20,000 nucleotides of DNA from an uncultured virus (IMG/VR IMGVR_UViG_3300025151_000026). Its lineage: Duplodnaviria > Heunggongvirae > Uroviricota > Caudoviricetes. Below the pieces are notes generated by a model, which worked only from the letters and a program-made list of their open reading frames with translations, was not told the origin of the DNA and made no database searches. The stretch is from the IMG/VR virus record IMGVR_UViG_3300025151_000026; one strand, written 5' to 3'. A program made the position numbers and the translations under genes. This document shows positions 1-8,885 of this stretch, piece after piece. How positions within the stretch are numbered: the stretch's first letter is position 1; every line of letters begins with the position of its first letter.

Positions 1-2965
1 CTTTGTCGTCAGCAGCATAGGTTTCAACAGCCTCGCCTATGATACCAGCGGTCCACTTGGGATTGGTAGTGGTGAAGTCAGGATCGGTAGAACCAAACTT
101 TAGGGCAGGAGTATATTTAGAAGTGGTGTTCATACCTTTGGCTGTCAACCACCAACCGGGCATCCCGTTGGTAAGGCTGCTATCACCACTGCTACTGGAA
201 AACAAACCACCTGTTAGTTCTGCAAAACCACCTGTTTGGCTGTTACTGCCTTCTACTTCTAAAGTATAACTCGGAGCCGAGGTTTTTCCTACGGCTAATT
301 TACTTTCTACATTCATATCCATAGTAGATTGAACGGTAAACAAATTGTTGACATCGCTGATTCGCATTCTTTCAGTAGGTCCTGAAGCGGCACCTGTGCG
401 CCAAATAATTAAGTTATCTCCACCGGCTGAACCACCAGAGTTGTGAACAGACTGCAGATATAATGCTTTTTTGTTAGATTCTGCGGACTCAGAATTGATA
501 AAACTACCAGATGCGTCCTCGTTCTGCATAGACAGATATTGAGTGGCTACTCCTGTGCGTTGTAAACGCACTTCAGGGTTGTCGTCATCAATACCAATAA
601 TATGTAAGGAAGATGCCGGGGCATTGGTTCCAATTCCTAAACGATCGTTAGCAGTATCCCAGAAAAGATTATTATCGCCTTCAATAGTGTCAGCAGATGC
701 ACCATAGGCTACTTGTCCAGCAGCAATTGTGCCTGAAATATCGGGTGCTGAGCCACTGGAAGCAGCCGTTAGTCGGCCTTGAGCATCAACAGTAATGCTG
801 GCACGAGTATAACTTCCAGCCGTAACGGTGGTATTAGCCAAAGCAGGTGCAGCGTCAGAACGCATAAATGTAGTAGCCGAACCATTGACAGCAGAACCAC
901 TCACAGTAGCCGAAGGATTGGCTCCAGAAGGTTGAGTAATACCTACTGAGGTAGCACCTGTAATTCTACCTTGAGCATCTACGGTAAATTGTCCTACTTC
1001 GGTAGCAGAACCATAAGTGGCAGGCGTAACAGCAGTGTTATCCAGATTAACGGTGACCGTATCAGTAGCCCCTACCACAGTGCTAATACCCGTTCCACCT
1101 GCAATATCAACCGTTTGTCCATCTTCTACTATTTGGTTAGAACCAGAATCCGCAGTTAAAGTCCAACTGGTCATCTGGCCCGGTGCCGCACCACTACTGG
1201 CAGCAGTAATACGACCTTGCTGATCGACCGTAATAGAAGAATAAGTATAACTTCCCGGAGTTACGGCTGTATCATCAAGATTAACAGTCACGGTGTCTGT
1301 AGCACTGGCTACGCTGCTAAGACCAGTCCCACCTGCAATCGTGACAAGGTTGTTGTCACTCACGGTTTCCGTAGTTCCAGAATCTCCTGTGAGTCGCCAA
1401 TTAGAAAACGGGAAGTTAATCAGAGTGTCAGCAGCCGCAGTAAGTCTACCCTGTGCGTCTACGGTAAAGGTAGCAATTGTGGAGGAACTTCCATAGGAGT
1501 TAGCCGTAACCGTCGTGTCATCTAAGTTAATAGTAACAGTATCAGTAGCACCAACTACGGTGCTAATACCTGTGCCTCCGGCAATATCCATGGTATTGCC
1601 AATAGATACAGTTTGGTCAGAACCAGAATCAGCAGTTAAGGTAAATCCTGATAATAAGGAGTTAGTGGCTAAAGTAATTCTACCTTGTTGGTCTACATTA
1701 AACACTGGAACTGTAGTAGCAGAACCATATGTGCCGGGGGTGACCGCCGTATCATCTAAGTTAAGGGTAACTGTGTCGGTAGCAGTAACAGCAGAAGTGA
1801 GTGCAGTTCCACCTAAAACTTGCACGGTATTGCCGTCTGCAACCGTTTGCGTAGCAGAACCATCTGATAGAATCCATGAACTCATAGTTCCGGGCGCAGC
1901 ACCAGAACTCGCTGCGGTCAGTCTTCCTTGTTGATCTACTGTGATAGAAGCGTAAGTGTAGGATCCGGGAGTAACTGCAGTATCATCTAAAGTAAAAGTA
2001 ACTGTTTCAGGAACAGAAACAGCAGTAGTAATTCCAGTTCCACCTGTAAATTGCAGGGTGTCGCCATCATCAACAGTTGCTGTATTACTGCCATCACCTC
2101 TGATAAGAAATGAACTCATAGTTCCACCAGAATTGGTGATCTGAATAGAACCTCCCAAGTTTTGGATAGTAATACCTGACCCAGCCGTCAGAGTAGCAGC
2201 ATCAAAAGTTCCACCAGCAGCATTTCCAATCAACAGTTGTCCATCGGCTGGCGCAGTGTCATTATAATCTCCCAACTTACCAATCATTCTCATAGATTTA
2301 TCTGCTTTGAGTTGCACAGCCAATTGAGAATTATTTACTTCTAAGTTAATCACTCCAGTAGCCGCACGGGTTTCCAGAACTAAGTTATCACCACTACTAC
2401 CGACAACGGGTGGAGCAGAGGTCGCAGTATCTTCAAACTGAATCAATGCGGGGAATCCCGACAGGTTGCTAAACTTGCCGACGAAACTCAAGGAATTGTC
2501 GGCTTGCGCTTCAAAGACACGACCCTGTAAGGGAAGTGCTCCCGTCCCAATAGTCAATCGTCCACCGTTTCCAGCCCCTCCCACAGCAGCAGGTCCGACA
2601 ACTAAAGTATCATTTCCAGAATTATAAATAAAATCTCCATCTCCTCCGATGGTATCAGCACCAGTGCCGTAGGCTACTTGAGTATTAGCAATAGTTCCAC
2701 CAATGCCTCCTGCACCTGCCGCCGTAGCCTGAGTAGTTCCATCTGCGAAAGTAAGCACACCACCTGCACCCGCAGTAAGAGTAAGATTAACACCCTGCAC
2801 CAAACCTGTGCCGTGAATATCACCCGATACGGCTAAGGCATAACCGGGGTTTGTAGTCCCAATTCCCACCCGAGCACGAGTAGAATCAACAACTAAAGTG
2901 TTATTAACATCATCAATGATGTAAACACTGTTGCCACTCACGGTGGTCTGAGTGATCTCCGTCAT
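1..2965 (-). CDS. Long fibre/spike (tail-fibre-like) protein, >=988 aa, 3'-truncated by the window edge
   Basis: Manually translated from ATG at 2965 (MTEITQTTVSGNSVYIIDDVNNTLVVDSTRARVGIGTTNPGYAL...) to the window edge (...VETYAADDK) with no stop seen. Absent from the ORF track because it lacks a stop. G/T/A/S-rich, two R(V/L)GIGTxxP modules and six LDDTAVTPGSY...TVD(Q/A)QGR(L/I)T repeats typical of viral fibres. Promoter box 20 nt upstream. Confidence 0.85.
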   Translation of the reverse strand, partial: MTEITQTTVSGNSVYIIDDVNNTLVVDSTRARVGIGTTNPGYALAVSGDIHGTGLVQGVNLTLTAGAGGVLTFADGTTQATAAGAGGIGGTIANTQVAYGTGADTIGGDGDFIYNSGNDTLVVGPAAVGGAGNGGRLTIGTGALPLQGRVFEAQADNSLSFVGKFSNLSGFPALIQFEDTATSAPPVVGSSGDNLVLETRAATGVINLEVNNSQLAVQLKADKSMRMIGKLGDYNDTAPADGQLLIGNAAGGTFDAATLTAGSGITIQNLGGSIQITNSGGTMSSFLIRGDGSNTATVDDGDTLQFTGGTGITTAVSVPETVTFTLDDTAVTPGSYTYASITVDQQGRLTAASSGAAPGTMSSWILSDGSATQTVADGNTVQVLGGTALTSAVTATDTVTLNLDDTAVTPGTYGSATTVPVFNVDQQGRITLATNSLLSGFTLTADSGSDQTVSIGNTMDIAGGTGISTVVGATDTVTINLDDTTVTANSYGSSSTIATFTVDAQGRLTAAADTLINFPFSNWRLTGDSGTTETVSDNNLVTIAGGTGLSSVASATDTVTVNLDDTAVTPGSYTYSSITVDQQGRITAASSGAAPGQMTSWTLTADSGSNQIVEDGQTVDIAGGTGISTVVGATDTVTVNLDNTAVTPATYGSATEVGQFTVDAQGRITGATSVGITQPSGANPSATVSGSAVNGSATTFMRSDAAPALANTTVTAGSYTRASITVDAQGRLTAASSGSAPDISGTIAAGQVAYGASADTIEGDNNLFWDTANDRLGIGTNAPASSLHIIGIDDDNPEVRLQRTGVATQYLSMQNEDASGSFINSESAESNKKALYLQSVHNSGGSAGGDNLIIWRTGAASGPTERMRISDVNNLFTVQSTMDMNVESKLAVGKTSAPSYTLEVEGSNSQTGGFAELTGGLFSSSSGDSSLTNGMPGWWLTAKGMNTTSKYTPALKFGSTDPDFTTTNPKWTAGIIGEAVETYAADDK
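760..2120 (-). repeat. Six imperfect ~78-80 aa (~235-240 bp) tandem coding repeats in the fibre gene
   Basis: L(D/A)(D/N)T cores near 1990, 1760, 1525, 1280, 1045 and 840. DNA similarity is visible, e.g. aaccagaatc.gcagttaa at 1141 and 1621. Boundaries approximate. Confidence 0.85.
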
Positions 2966-2985
2966 GGTAAATATATCTCCGCACA

Positions 2986-2995
2986 ACTATTTATT
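2986..2995 (-). promoter_or_regulatory. TATA-like promoter box AATAAATAGT
   Basis: One mismatch to TATAAATAGT; 20 nt upstream of ATG 2965. Confidence 0.7.
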
Positions 2996-3003
2996 AGTTG
3001 TCA

Positions 3004-4452
3004 TCAGTCTTCACAGAAACTGGTGTTAATCACAGCATTTCCGCTACCTGCTGGAGTAGTCAAAGTAAATCTAAGTGTGTTGGCACCGCCTGTGCCGACA
3101 GAAACATTGAGTGCGTCGTTGCCGGGGACGATAACAAAGAGAAACTCTGGAAGCAAGGGTGCACCTGTAGAACGAGTAACTACGCCTGAAACCTGAAGAT
3201 ATCCAGTGTTGGCAGTAACGGTGTCTTCCAACATGATTTGAGCGAAATATCCAGCGTTAGCACGAGTTCCAGTTGGAATGCTAACATCAAAGTTTTGAGT
3301 TACTCCGGCGGTGTAAGTTCCAGTAGTAACCGAACCTGAACCACCTGTGGCAGCAATAGAAATAGAACCTCCACCGTTAGTAATGCTAATACCTGTGCCA
3401 GCCGTCAGAGTAGCCTTGTCTAAAGTATTACCTGTGGAATTACCAATCAATAATTGTCCATCGGTGTAAGAAGTTTGTCCAGTTCCACCGTAAGCCACGC
3501 CAACGGCAGTTCCTTCCCAAGTCCCGGTGTTGATAGTGCCTACGGCAGTAAGTGAAGAAATCGTAACTCCCGAACCCAATTCGGTAGCCGACAAAACTTC
3601 AGTTCCGTTAACGCTGTATACCTTGCCCGTGGCCACGTCCAGACCCGAGGAAGATGATAGCGCACCGCCATCAGACAAAGTAAGGAAAGTAACGGTGTTA
3701 GCCCCGACGTTAGATAATATATTTAATCCAGACGCAGCGTTAGATCCAACTCCTGCACCAGCAGCATCAGAGTTGAGGTCAATAACTTTATCTTCTACAC
3801 GCAAGTTAGTGGAGTCAATAAAGGTAGTAGTTCCCTCTACAGTTAAACTTCCCGGGAAAACAGTAGTGGTAGTAGCCCCACCCACAGTCAGGGTATTGGC
3901 TCCCAGTGAACCGAAAATAGTAGCGTTTCCAGCCGCAGCATCAATAGCCGTAGTGTTGTTACCAACTACTAAATTATTAACGGTGACTCCACCCGCCTTA
4001 TCGGTAGTAAATGCTGCATCAGCACCGAAAGCACCACCGTCGTTGTATTGCACTTGCCCGTCTACACCGGCAGGAGTGCCTGCTGCACCGGCTAAGAAGT
4101 TAGCACGAGTTTGTTGTTTCAGAGCGTTATCAGTAGCATCTAAAATTAAAATTAAATCAGCATCATCAGCAGTAGCCGTGGCTGCTTTACCAGAAATAAT
4201 AGCAGGCTGAGCCGTGGTAGCACCTGTGTTAGTTATCGTAATGTCGCCAGAAACATCAACCGCCGTGGCTGTGCCTGCATTAGAAACGATAATTTGACCA
4301 TCAGTCATGGTAACTTGAGTCAATTGTTTATTGACATCTACCGCCACAATACCTAATCCAGTAGTGAAATCATCTATTTGCACCGCACCATCTAAAATAA
4401 TGGTGGTATCCTCGATCTCGTAAGAGGTCGTGGTCTGGATAATCTTGGCCAT
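3004..4452 (-). CDS. Fibre/spike-like structural protein (~482 aa)
   Basis: G/T/A-rich beta-repeat protein with GQVQYNDGGAFG, LTVEGTTTFIDSTNLRVEDKVIDLN and GGTGQTSYTDGQLLIGN modules common in viral fibres. Start moved from TTG 4473 to ATG 4452 (MAKIIQTT), 20 nt downstream of the promoter box. Confidence 0.8.
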   Translation of the reverse strand: MAKIIQTTTSYEIEDTTIILDGAVQIDDFTTGLGIVAVDVNKQLTQVTMTDGQIIVSNAGTATAVDVSGDITITNTGATTAQPAIISGKAATATADDADLILILDATDNALKQQTRANFLAGAAGTPAGVDGQVQYNDGGAFGADAAFTTDKAGGVTVNNLVVGNNTTAIDAAAGNATIFGSLGANTLTVGGATTTTVFPGSLTVEGTTTFIDSTNLRVEDKVIDLNSDAAGAGVGSNAASGLNILSNVGANTVTFLTLSDGGALSSSSGLDVATGKVYSVNGTEVLSATELGSGVTISSLTAVGTINTGTWEGTAVGVAYGGTGQTSYTDGQLLIGNSTGNTLDKATLTAGTGISITNGGGSISIAATGGSGSVTTGTYTAGVTQNFDVSIPTGTRANAGYFAQIMLEDTVTANTGYLQVSGVVTRSTGAPLLPEFLFVIVPGNDALNVSVGTGGANTLRFTLTTPAGSGNAVINTSFCED

Positions 4453-4472
4453 AAATATATTTTCACTTGCCA

Positions 4473-4482
4473 ACTATTTATA
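4473..4482 (-). promoter_or_regulatory. TATA-like promoter box TATAAATAGT
   Basis: Exact motif; 20 nt upstream of ATG 4452. Confidence 0.75.
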
Positions 4483-4489
4483 TTTGTGC

Positions 4490-5359
4490 TCAATCAATAA
4501 CCTGAGCCGTAGTTACCCAACCGACCCAATCAATAGTTTGTCCGGCTGCACCAGTAACGGCAATAACTAAATTAACACCGGAAACGGTAGCGTCTACTTG
4601 ATAAGTGCCAGCCGAAGAATCGTGCACAATAAACTCAAACACCGCACCTAAGATAGAAGCGGTTCCTCCACCACGAGTCACGGCTCCTTTTAGTTGCACG
4701 GTGATAGAATCCGAACTGGAATCTACTTTACCCACAACATGAGCATCAAAAAACCAAGTGGAATTGGTTTGCAGTCCCATGGTTCCGCCGCCGGGGGTGA
4801 GGGTCATAGGGGTAATCGTGGCATCAGTGGTTGTAACCCCAAGAAGATAAGAAGCATGACGATTTTCATCATTTAAGGCCGCCGGTTGAACAATGGTTCC
4901 TCCTTCGGGTATAATCTGTAGTTCGCCCGCCACATCAGAATACAGATCGGTGTAATAAGTGCCGTCATAATCTAAGCGTAGTTGCGTAGTAACTTCTTCT
5001 ACATGGAGTTTACGAGCCGGAGTTTGAGTTCCGATACCGACTCTTAAGTTGGCTGCATCATAGAAAAATTGAGCCGTAGCACCAGCGAAACCACCCGCAC
5101 CATTGTTGTATTGCACGGCACCAGAAGCACCACCGGGCGCACCTCCGCCACCACCGCCACCTCCGGTGACAATGGAGACTACGCCTCCGCCTTCATCAGT
5201 TAAGGTGCCATTAGTAACTTTAATTGTAGTTACTGGGGTGACAGTAGGATTACCGTCTTGTTCTTCCACGGTAAGATTAGAGCCACCTCCGCCTCCACCA
5301 GAGGTAGATGTGACAGCAGTAACGCCAGTAAACTTAATTTTACGATTAGCGTGTGCCAT
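4490..5359 (-). CDS. Fibre/spike-like structural protein (289 aa)
   Basis: Poly-Gly hinges, GAVQYNNGAGGFAG and RVGIGTQTP modules, beta-rich C-terminal head-like domain. Confidence 0.78.
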   Translation of the reverse strand: MAHANRKIKFTGVTAVTSTSGGGGGGSNLTVEEQDGNPTVTPVTTIKVTNGTLTDEGGGVVSIVTGGGGGGGGAPGGASGAVQYNNGAGGFAGATAQFFYDAANLRVGIGTQTPARKLHVEEVTTQLRLDYDGTYYTDLYSDVAGELQIIPEGGTIVQPAALNDENRHASYLLGVTTTDATITPMTLTPGGGTMGLQTNSTWFFDAHVVGKVDSSSDSITVQLKGAVTRGGGTASILGAVFEFIVHDSSAGTYQVDATVSGVNLVIAVTGAAGQTIDWVGWVTTAQVID

Positions 5360-5379
5360 AATAAATATAATGATGCCTT

Positions 5380-5389
5380 GTTATTTATA
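5380..5389 (-). promoter_or_regulatory. TATA-like promoter box TATAAATAAC
   Basis: Variant motif; 20 nt upstream of ATG 5359. Confidence 0.7.
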
Positions 5390-5394
5390 GGTTA

Positions 5395-5952
5395 TCAACC
5401 TATGATGACATAGTTGACGTTGTAATTTAATGCACCGCCAGTAGGATTGATAATTTCTGCGCTGATGGTAAAAGATGTGCTGGCACTCCGACTACGAATT
5501 ACAGCAGGGGAGGCTATTTCCAGACCTGTTTCTAATTCTATTGAGAAAACAATAACATTTGTAGCCGTAACTGCGGTATCAGTAACTACAATTTGGGAAA
5601 TATTACCTCCGCTGCCTGCAACAGAACCACTTTGGTCTCCAGAAACAATACCATCTAACTTAGTTTTATCTGCGGCAGACATAGAACCGGCAGCACTGGT
5701 GGTAGCCGCACTGATTCCAATAGTTCCTGTGCCGGTAATGGTGCCACCTGTGATCGGAGCCGAAGTAGCCACTGAAGTAACACCAGCACCGCCACCGCCT
5801 CCGCCAGTGGTAATAGTAACGCTATTTCCTGTGCTGGCAGTAATAGAGCCTGCAGAAACAATAATTTCTTTTACATTGTTGTTAGTAGTGCTACCATCAG
5901 TAACAACTAAACCACCTGATGTAACTCCAGTAAATGAAATTGGATTGCCCAT
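5395..5952 (-). CDS. Short fibre-like structural protein (185 aa)
   Basis: GVTSVATSAPITGGTITGTGTIGI and AATTSAAGSMSAADKTKLDGI fibre motifs; N-terminus resembles the 289-aa neighbour; GAGGTGA ribosome site at 5957-5963. Confidence 0.78.
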   Translation of the reverse strand: MGNPISFTGVTSGGLVVTDGSTTNNNVKEIIVSAGSITASTGNSVTITTGGGGGGAGVTSVATSAPITGGTITGTGTIGISAATTSAAGSMSAADKTKLDGIVSGDQSGSVAGSGGNISQIVVTDTAVTATNVIVFSIELETGLEIASPAVIRSRSASTSFTISAEIINPTGGALNYNVNYVIIG

Positions 5953-5961
5953 TTAGTCACC

Positions 5962-6906
5962 TCAAGATTGTAGTTTAGCACGAGAAGTGTCATCATAACC
6001 ATCTTGGGTTTCAGTCCAACCAGAGAAACAAGCGTCCATAACACCAGTTGAGATAGCACTACCTGTGCGGTTGATAACACGGAAAACAATTTGCTTTTCT
6101 ACACTGATTGGAACATCAAAGTCCCACATATCACGCTTAGGTGAAGTTGGTGCCCATTGGAAATCTTGCCATTGTAAGAATAAAGCACCATCTACCCAAA
6201 GTTCATAAAACATACCCGAAGTCGGTGTAGTCAAAGAAGATGGTTCCGAATGACCGAAAGATGCTACAACATACAGTTCACCTGTGCTTCCTACGGAAAC
6301 AGTTCCGCCAACAGAGGCTGCGGTTGAACCTGAACCTACTGGGAAGGGGTTGGTAGCCGCATTAGTAACAGAATTAAGACCTGTAAAGGTTTGGGGTGGA
6401 ATCTGTGGAGTTGAGGCTGCTGTATAATCAGCACGAGCCACTACTTCGTCCAAAACACCATCAGCATTGGAGTCACGCCAAGTATTGTCACCCAAAACAT
6501 CGGCTACGTTAATAACTACCATATCTACATAAGCGTTGTTATCAAATTGATTAGCGTTAGCCAAAGTGCCATCAGCGTTGTAGGTATCTAAAGTAGTAAA
6601 ATCAATACGCTGGCGTTGAATCAAGTTGGCAGAATTGCCTTTACTAACCATGTGCCAAGGATAATTACTGTAATCAATGGGAATACCTTCAAGTCCTGCT
6701 TGTGGGGTTGCACGGACGGGGCGGCGAAAGGTCTGGGGGTCAACTCCCGGTCTCACCACCTGTGTTGCTGCAGTTGATACTGTAGAATAAGATGAAAGTG
6801 GAGGTGGGTTAGATTGAACGGCATTTCCTTTTTGTGAATAACCCGTCTGGAATGCCTTCTTACGATACGGGCGTTTTATATCCCTGATCTTCTCGCCAGT
6901 GGTCAT
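5962..6906 (-). CDS. Hypothetical virion protein (314 aa): basic N-terminus, beta-rich C-terminal domain (possible single jelly-roll)
   Basis: Long ORF with its own promoter box. The C-terminal ~100 aa shows alternating beta-strand patterns (ELYVVASFG, FYELWVDG, FDVPISV, IVFRVIN, ACFSGWTE). The fold is inferred. Confidence 0.6.
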   Translation of the reverse strand: MTTGEKIRDIKRPYRKKAFQTGYSQKGNAVQSNPPPLSSYSTVSTAATQVVRPGVDPQTFRRPVRATPQAGLEGIPIDYSNYPWHMVSKGNSANLIQRQRIDFTTLDTYNADGTLANANQFDNNAYVDMVVINVADVLGDNTWRDSNADGVLDEVVARADYTAASTPQIPPQTFTGLNSVTNAATNPFPVGSGSTAASVGGTVSVGSTGELYVVASFGHSEPSSLTTPTSGMFYELWVDGALFLQWQDFQWAPTSPKRDMWDFDVPISVEKQIVFRVINRTGSAISTGVMDACFSGWTETQDGYDDTSRAKLQS

Positions 6907-6926
6907 GTAATATATGCCTCCTTTCT

Positions 6927-6936
6927 ACTATTTATA
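6927..6936 (-). promoter_or_regulatory. TATA-like promoter box TATAAATAGT
   Basis: Exact motif; 20 nt upstream of ATG 6906. Confidence 0.75.
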
Positions 6937-6941
6937 CTTAC

Positions 6942-8885
6942 TCATCTATTTCTGGCACGGATTCCACGCTTGCGATGGTAGGCTTTGTCTCTAATTTCTT
7001 GTCGCTTACGCCATTCCTTCATTAAAATTAAATATCTTTCATAGGTGTCTGGTTGTAGCCCTTCCATGTTCAAAATCATGCGTTTATACCAATCTACACT
7101 ATCAGGGTGAATATCTATACCTAATTTGAGTAATTTATGACAAATGAGGGCATCTGCACCTTCAAAAAGCCAATAATCTAAGAAGACACGGGCAAAATCC
7201 CAAAGAGTGCTCGGTCGGGTTGTAATATTAAGAGGCTCACCACCCAAAGGCCGATAACCTACTCGTTCTAAATAATAAGGAAAGGTTTGCATATCGGTAA
7301 AAACCGTATATTCTACATCCCAAGTTTGGCCGGGAAGCACATAAACATTAGGTTTCAAGGCATATTGAGGCACAGCAATACCGGGTTGCACTGGAAATGG
7401 GGCTGCATCGCCTGAAATGCCGGGGCTGGTGGTGCCATCAGGATTTTCATAATAACGACTATCATTAACCACTAAATTAACGAAACCATTGGGCTTAAAA
7501 TCAGAAACGAAAGTTATTTCATTGGAGTTAGGATATCTAACAAAATAACGAGGTCCTTGTGGGGCAGCAGTAGTCCAATTATTTTCATAACGATTAGGTG
7601 GAGTAATAGGTCCGTGTCTACCTGTCCCCGAATAAGTGGTGGCATAAGTGGTAACGGGAGCACTACCACCCAATTTACCAAACGAAGGAAAATATCTAAT
7701 TCGCATTTGTGGTGGGGCTTGAGTAGGTCGGTTACGGGCTAAAGAAAAAACCCATTGAATCTTAACTTTACCTGCATCTTGGTTAACGAAACCTCCTTCA
7801 TACTCCATAGGTCCATAATCTCCCGTATCACCGGCGGCTACATCGTCAGCATCAGGCACATACATTTCAAAAGTAACGCCTAAGTTGCTTTGAGCACCAT
7901 AGGGTTGTGGATAAAGTCCCACGATACCTTGGTCGTAATCTGGTTCACAGACATAACCATGCCGATCTTGTTGAAGTGTGCCATCAGGATTGGGTTGAGC
8001 AAACTCTTCTACATTAGCCAGACTGTTAGCAGGATAAATAATAGAATTAACAATAACATCTGCAAACGTAACACCGGGTCCTAATGTGGTAGCACGAGTG
8101 TCACTTTCTGTAAAGAACAAACCACGATAATAAGCATTATCATATTCCACAATACTTGGACTTCTCGGTAAGCCAGTAGAAGTTGGTTTTTGAAGAGGGT
8201 ATCCAAACGCTACTTGAACAGGTGTCCATGCCTCTTCAGGAAGATCCTTAGCAGTAGTTCCGGGTGGTAGATTACGCTCACAATAATCAATGGATTGAAT
8301 ACGAGCACCACTGATTTGTTGCCCATTTATATTTAAATCTATTACTAAGGTATCAAAGGCATAAGAAGGAGTAAGAGTGGGATCTGGTAAAATGCCGGGG
8401 GTGGACCCGAAATTATTGAAAACTAAGAACTGGTCGGCTTGAACTAAAGGTTGGAAAGCAATTTGTTTTCGCTTCCAATTATCCACAGGAATATCGCTAC
8501 CTTGATAATATTGCCAATTACCATAATCGTCAAACGGACCGGGTGGAGTATATTTATCTGCAGCACGATTACCTAAGCCATCAGGAATATCATTAAAAAT
8601 ACCACGAGAAGTTTTGGCACCAGAACCATATTTAGAAGTAAAAATAGAAAAAGGAATGCTGGGTTCAGGCCATGCTTGGTAATCCCAACCTATCAATTCA
8701 CCATTTACTTTATACCCTGTGTTGGCGATAGGTGACCGAGGGTCAATGGGGTTAGGTGCCCTACCCTGACCATCTACTGAAGAATAAGCCAGAGGTCCTC
8801 GTAAATACATTCCATTGTAGCCAAGAGGTAATTGAAACATAGCCGTATTAGGACCCAATCTCCAATTATAAACTAAATGCCTCAT
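6942..8885 (-). CDS. Hypothetical virion protein (647 aa), Pro/Gly/Tyr-rich, paralog of 8882-9907, with Arg/Lys-rich C-tail
   Basis: Long ORF; ATGA overlap with the upstream gene; shares PxxYVLPGxTW and ARxFxxYxLxxGADxLIxxKxLxxGI blocks with its neighbour. Confidence 0.65.
   Translation of the reverse strand: MRHLVYNWRLGPNTAMFQLPLGYNGMYLRGPLAYSSVDGQGRAPNPIDPRSPIANTGYKVNGELIGWDYQAWPEPSIPFSIFTSKYGSGAKTSRGIFNDIPDGLGNRAADKYTPPGPFDDYGNWQYYQGSDIPVDNWKRKQIAFQPLVQADQFLVFNNFGSTPGILPDPTLTPSYAFDTLVIDLNINGQQISGARIQSIDYCERNLPPGTTAKDLPEEAWTPVQVAFGYPLQKPTSTGLPRSPSIVEYDNAYYRGLFFTESDTRATTLGPGVTFADVIVNSIIYPANSLANVEEFAQPNPDGTLQQDRHGYVCEPDYDQGIVGLYPQPYGAQSNLGVTFEMYVPDADDVAAGDTGDYGPMEYEGGFVNQDAGKVKIQWVFSLARNRPTQAPPQMRIRYFPSFGKLGGSAPVTTYATTYSGTGRHGPITPPNRYENNWTTAAPQGPRYFVRYPNSNEITFVSDFKPNGFVNLVVNDSRYYENPDGTTSPGISGDAAPFPVQPGIAVPQYALKPNVYVLPGQTWDVEYTVFTDMQTFPYYLERVGYRPLGGEPLNITTRPSTLWDFARVFLDYWLFEGADALICHKLLKLGIDIHPDSVDWYKRMILNMEGLQPDTYERYLILMKEWRKRQEIRDKAYHRKRGIRARNR

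Noticed and set aside
760..2120. CRISPR array or diversity-generating retroelement target repeats
   Set aside because: The repeats are in-frame, degenerate and protein-coding, with no constant repeat/unique spacer pattern, no adenine-specific mismatch pattern noticed and no reverse transcriptase in the window.
5135..5810. GC-rich ccgcca/ccgcct tracts as microsatellites or regulatory elements
   Set aside because: They encode poly-Gly hinges in the fibre proteins.
39..5956. Plus-strand ORFs up to 227 aa (e.g. 1515-1934, 3527-4210, 5103-5390, 5447-5956)
   Set aside because: Antisense shadows of Thr/Gly/Ala-rich fibre genes (Val/Pro-rich mirror translations) with no promoter box or ribosome site on that strand.
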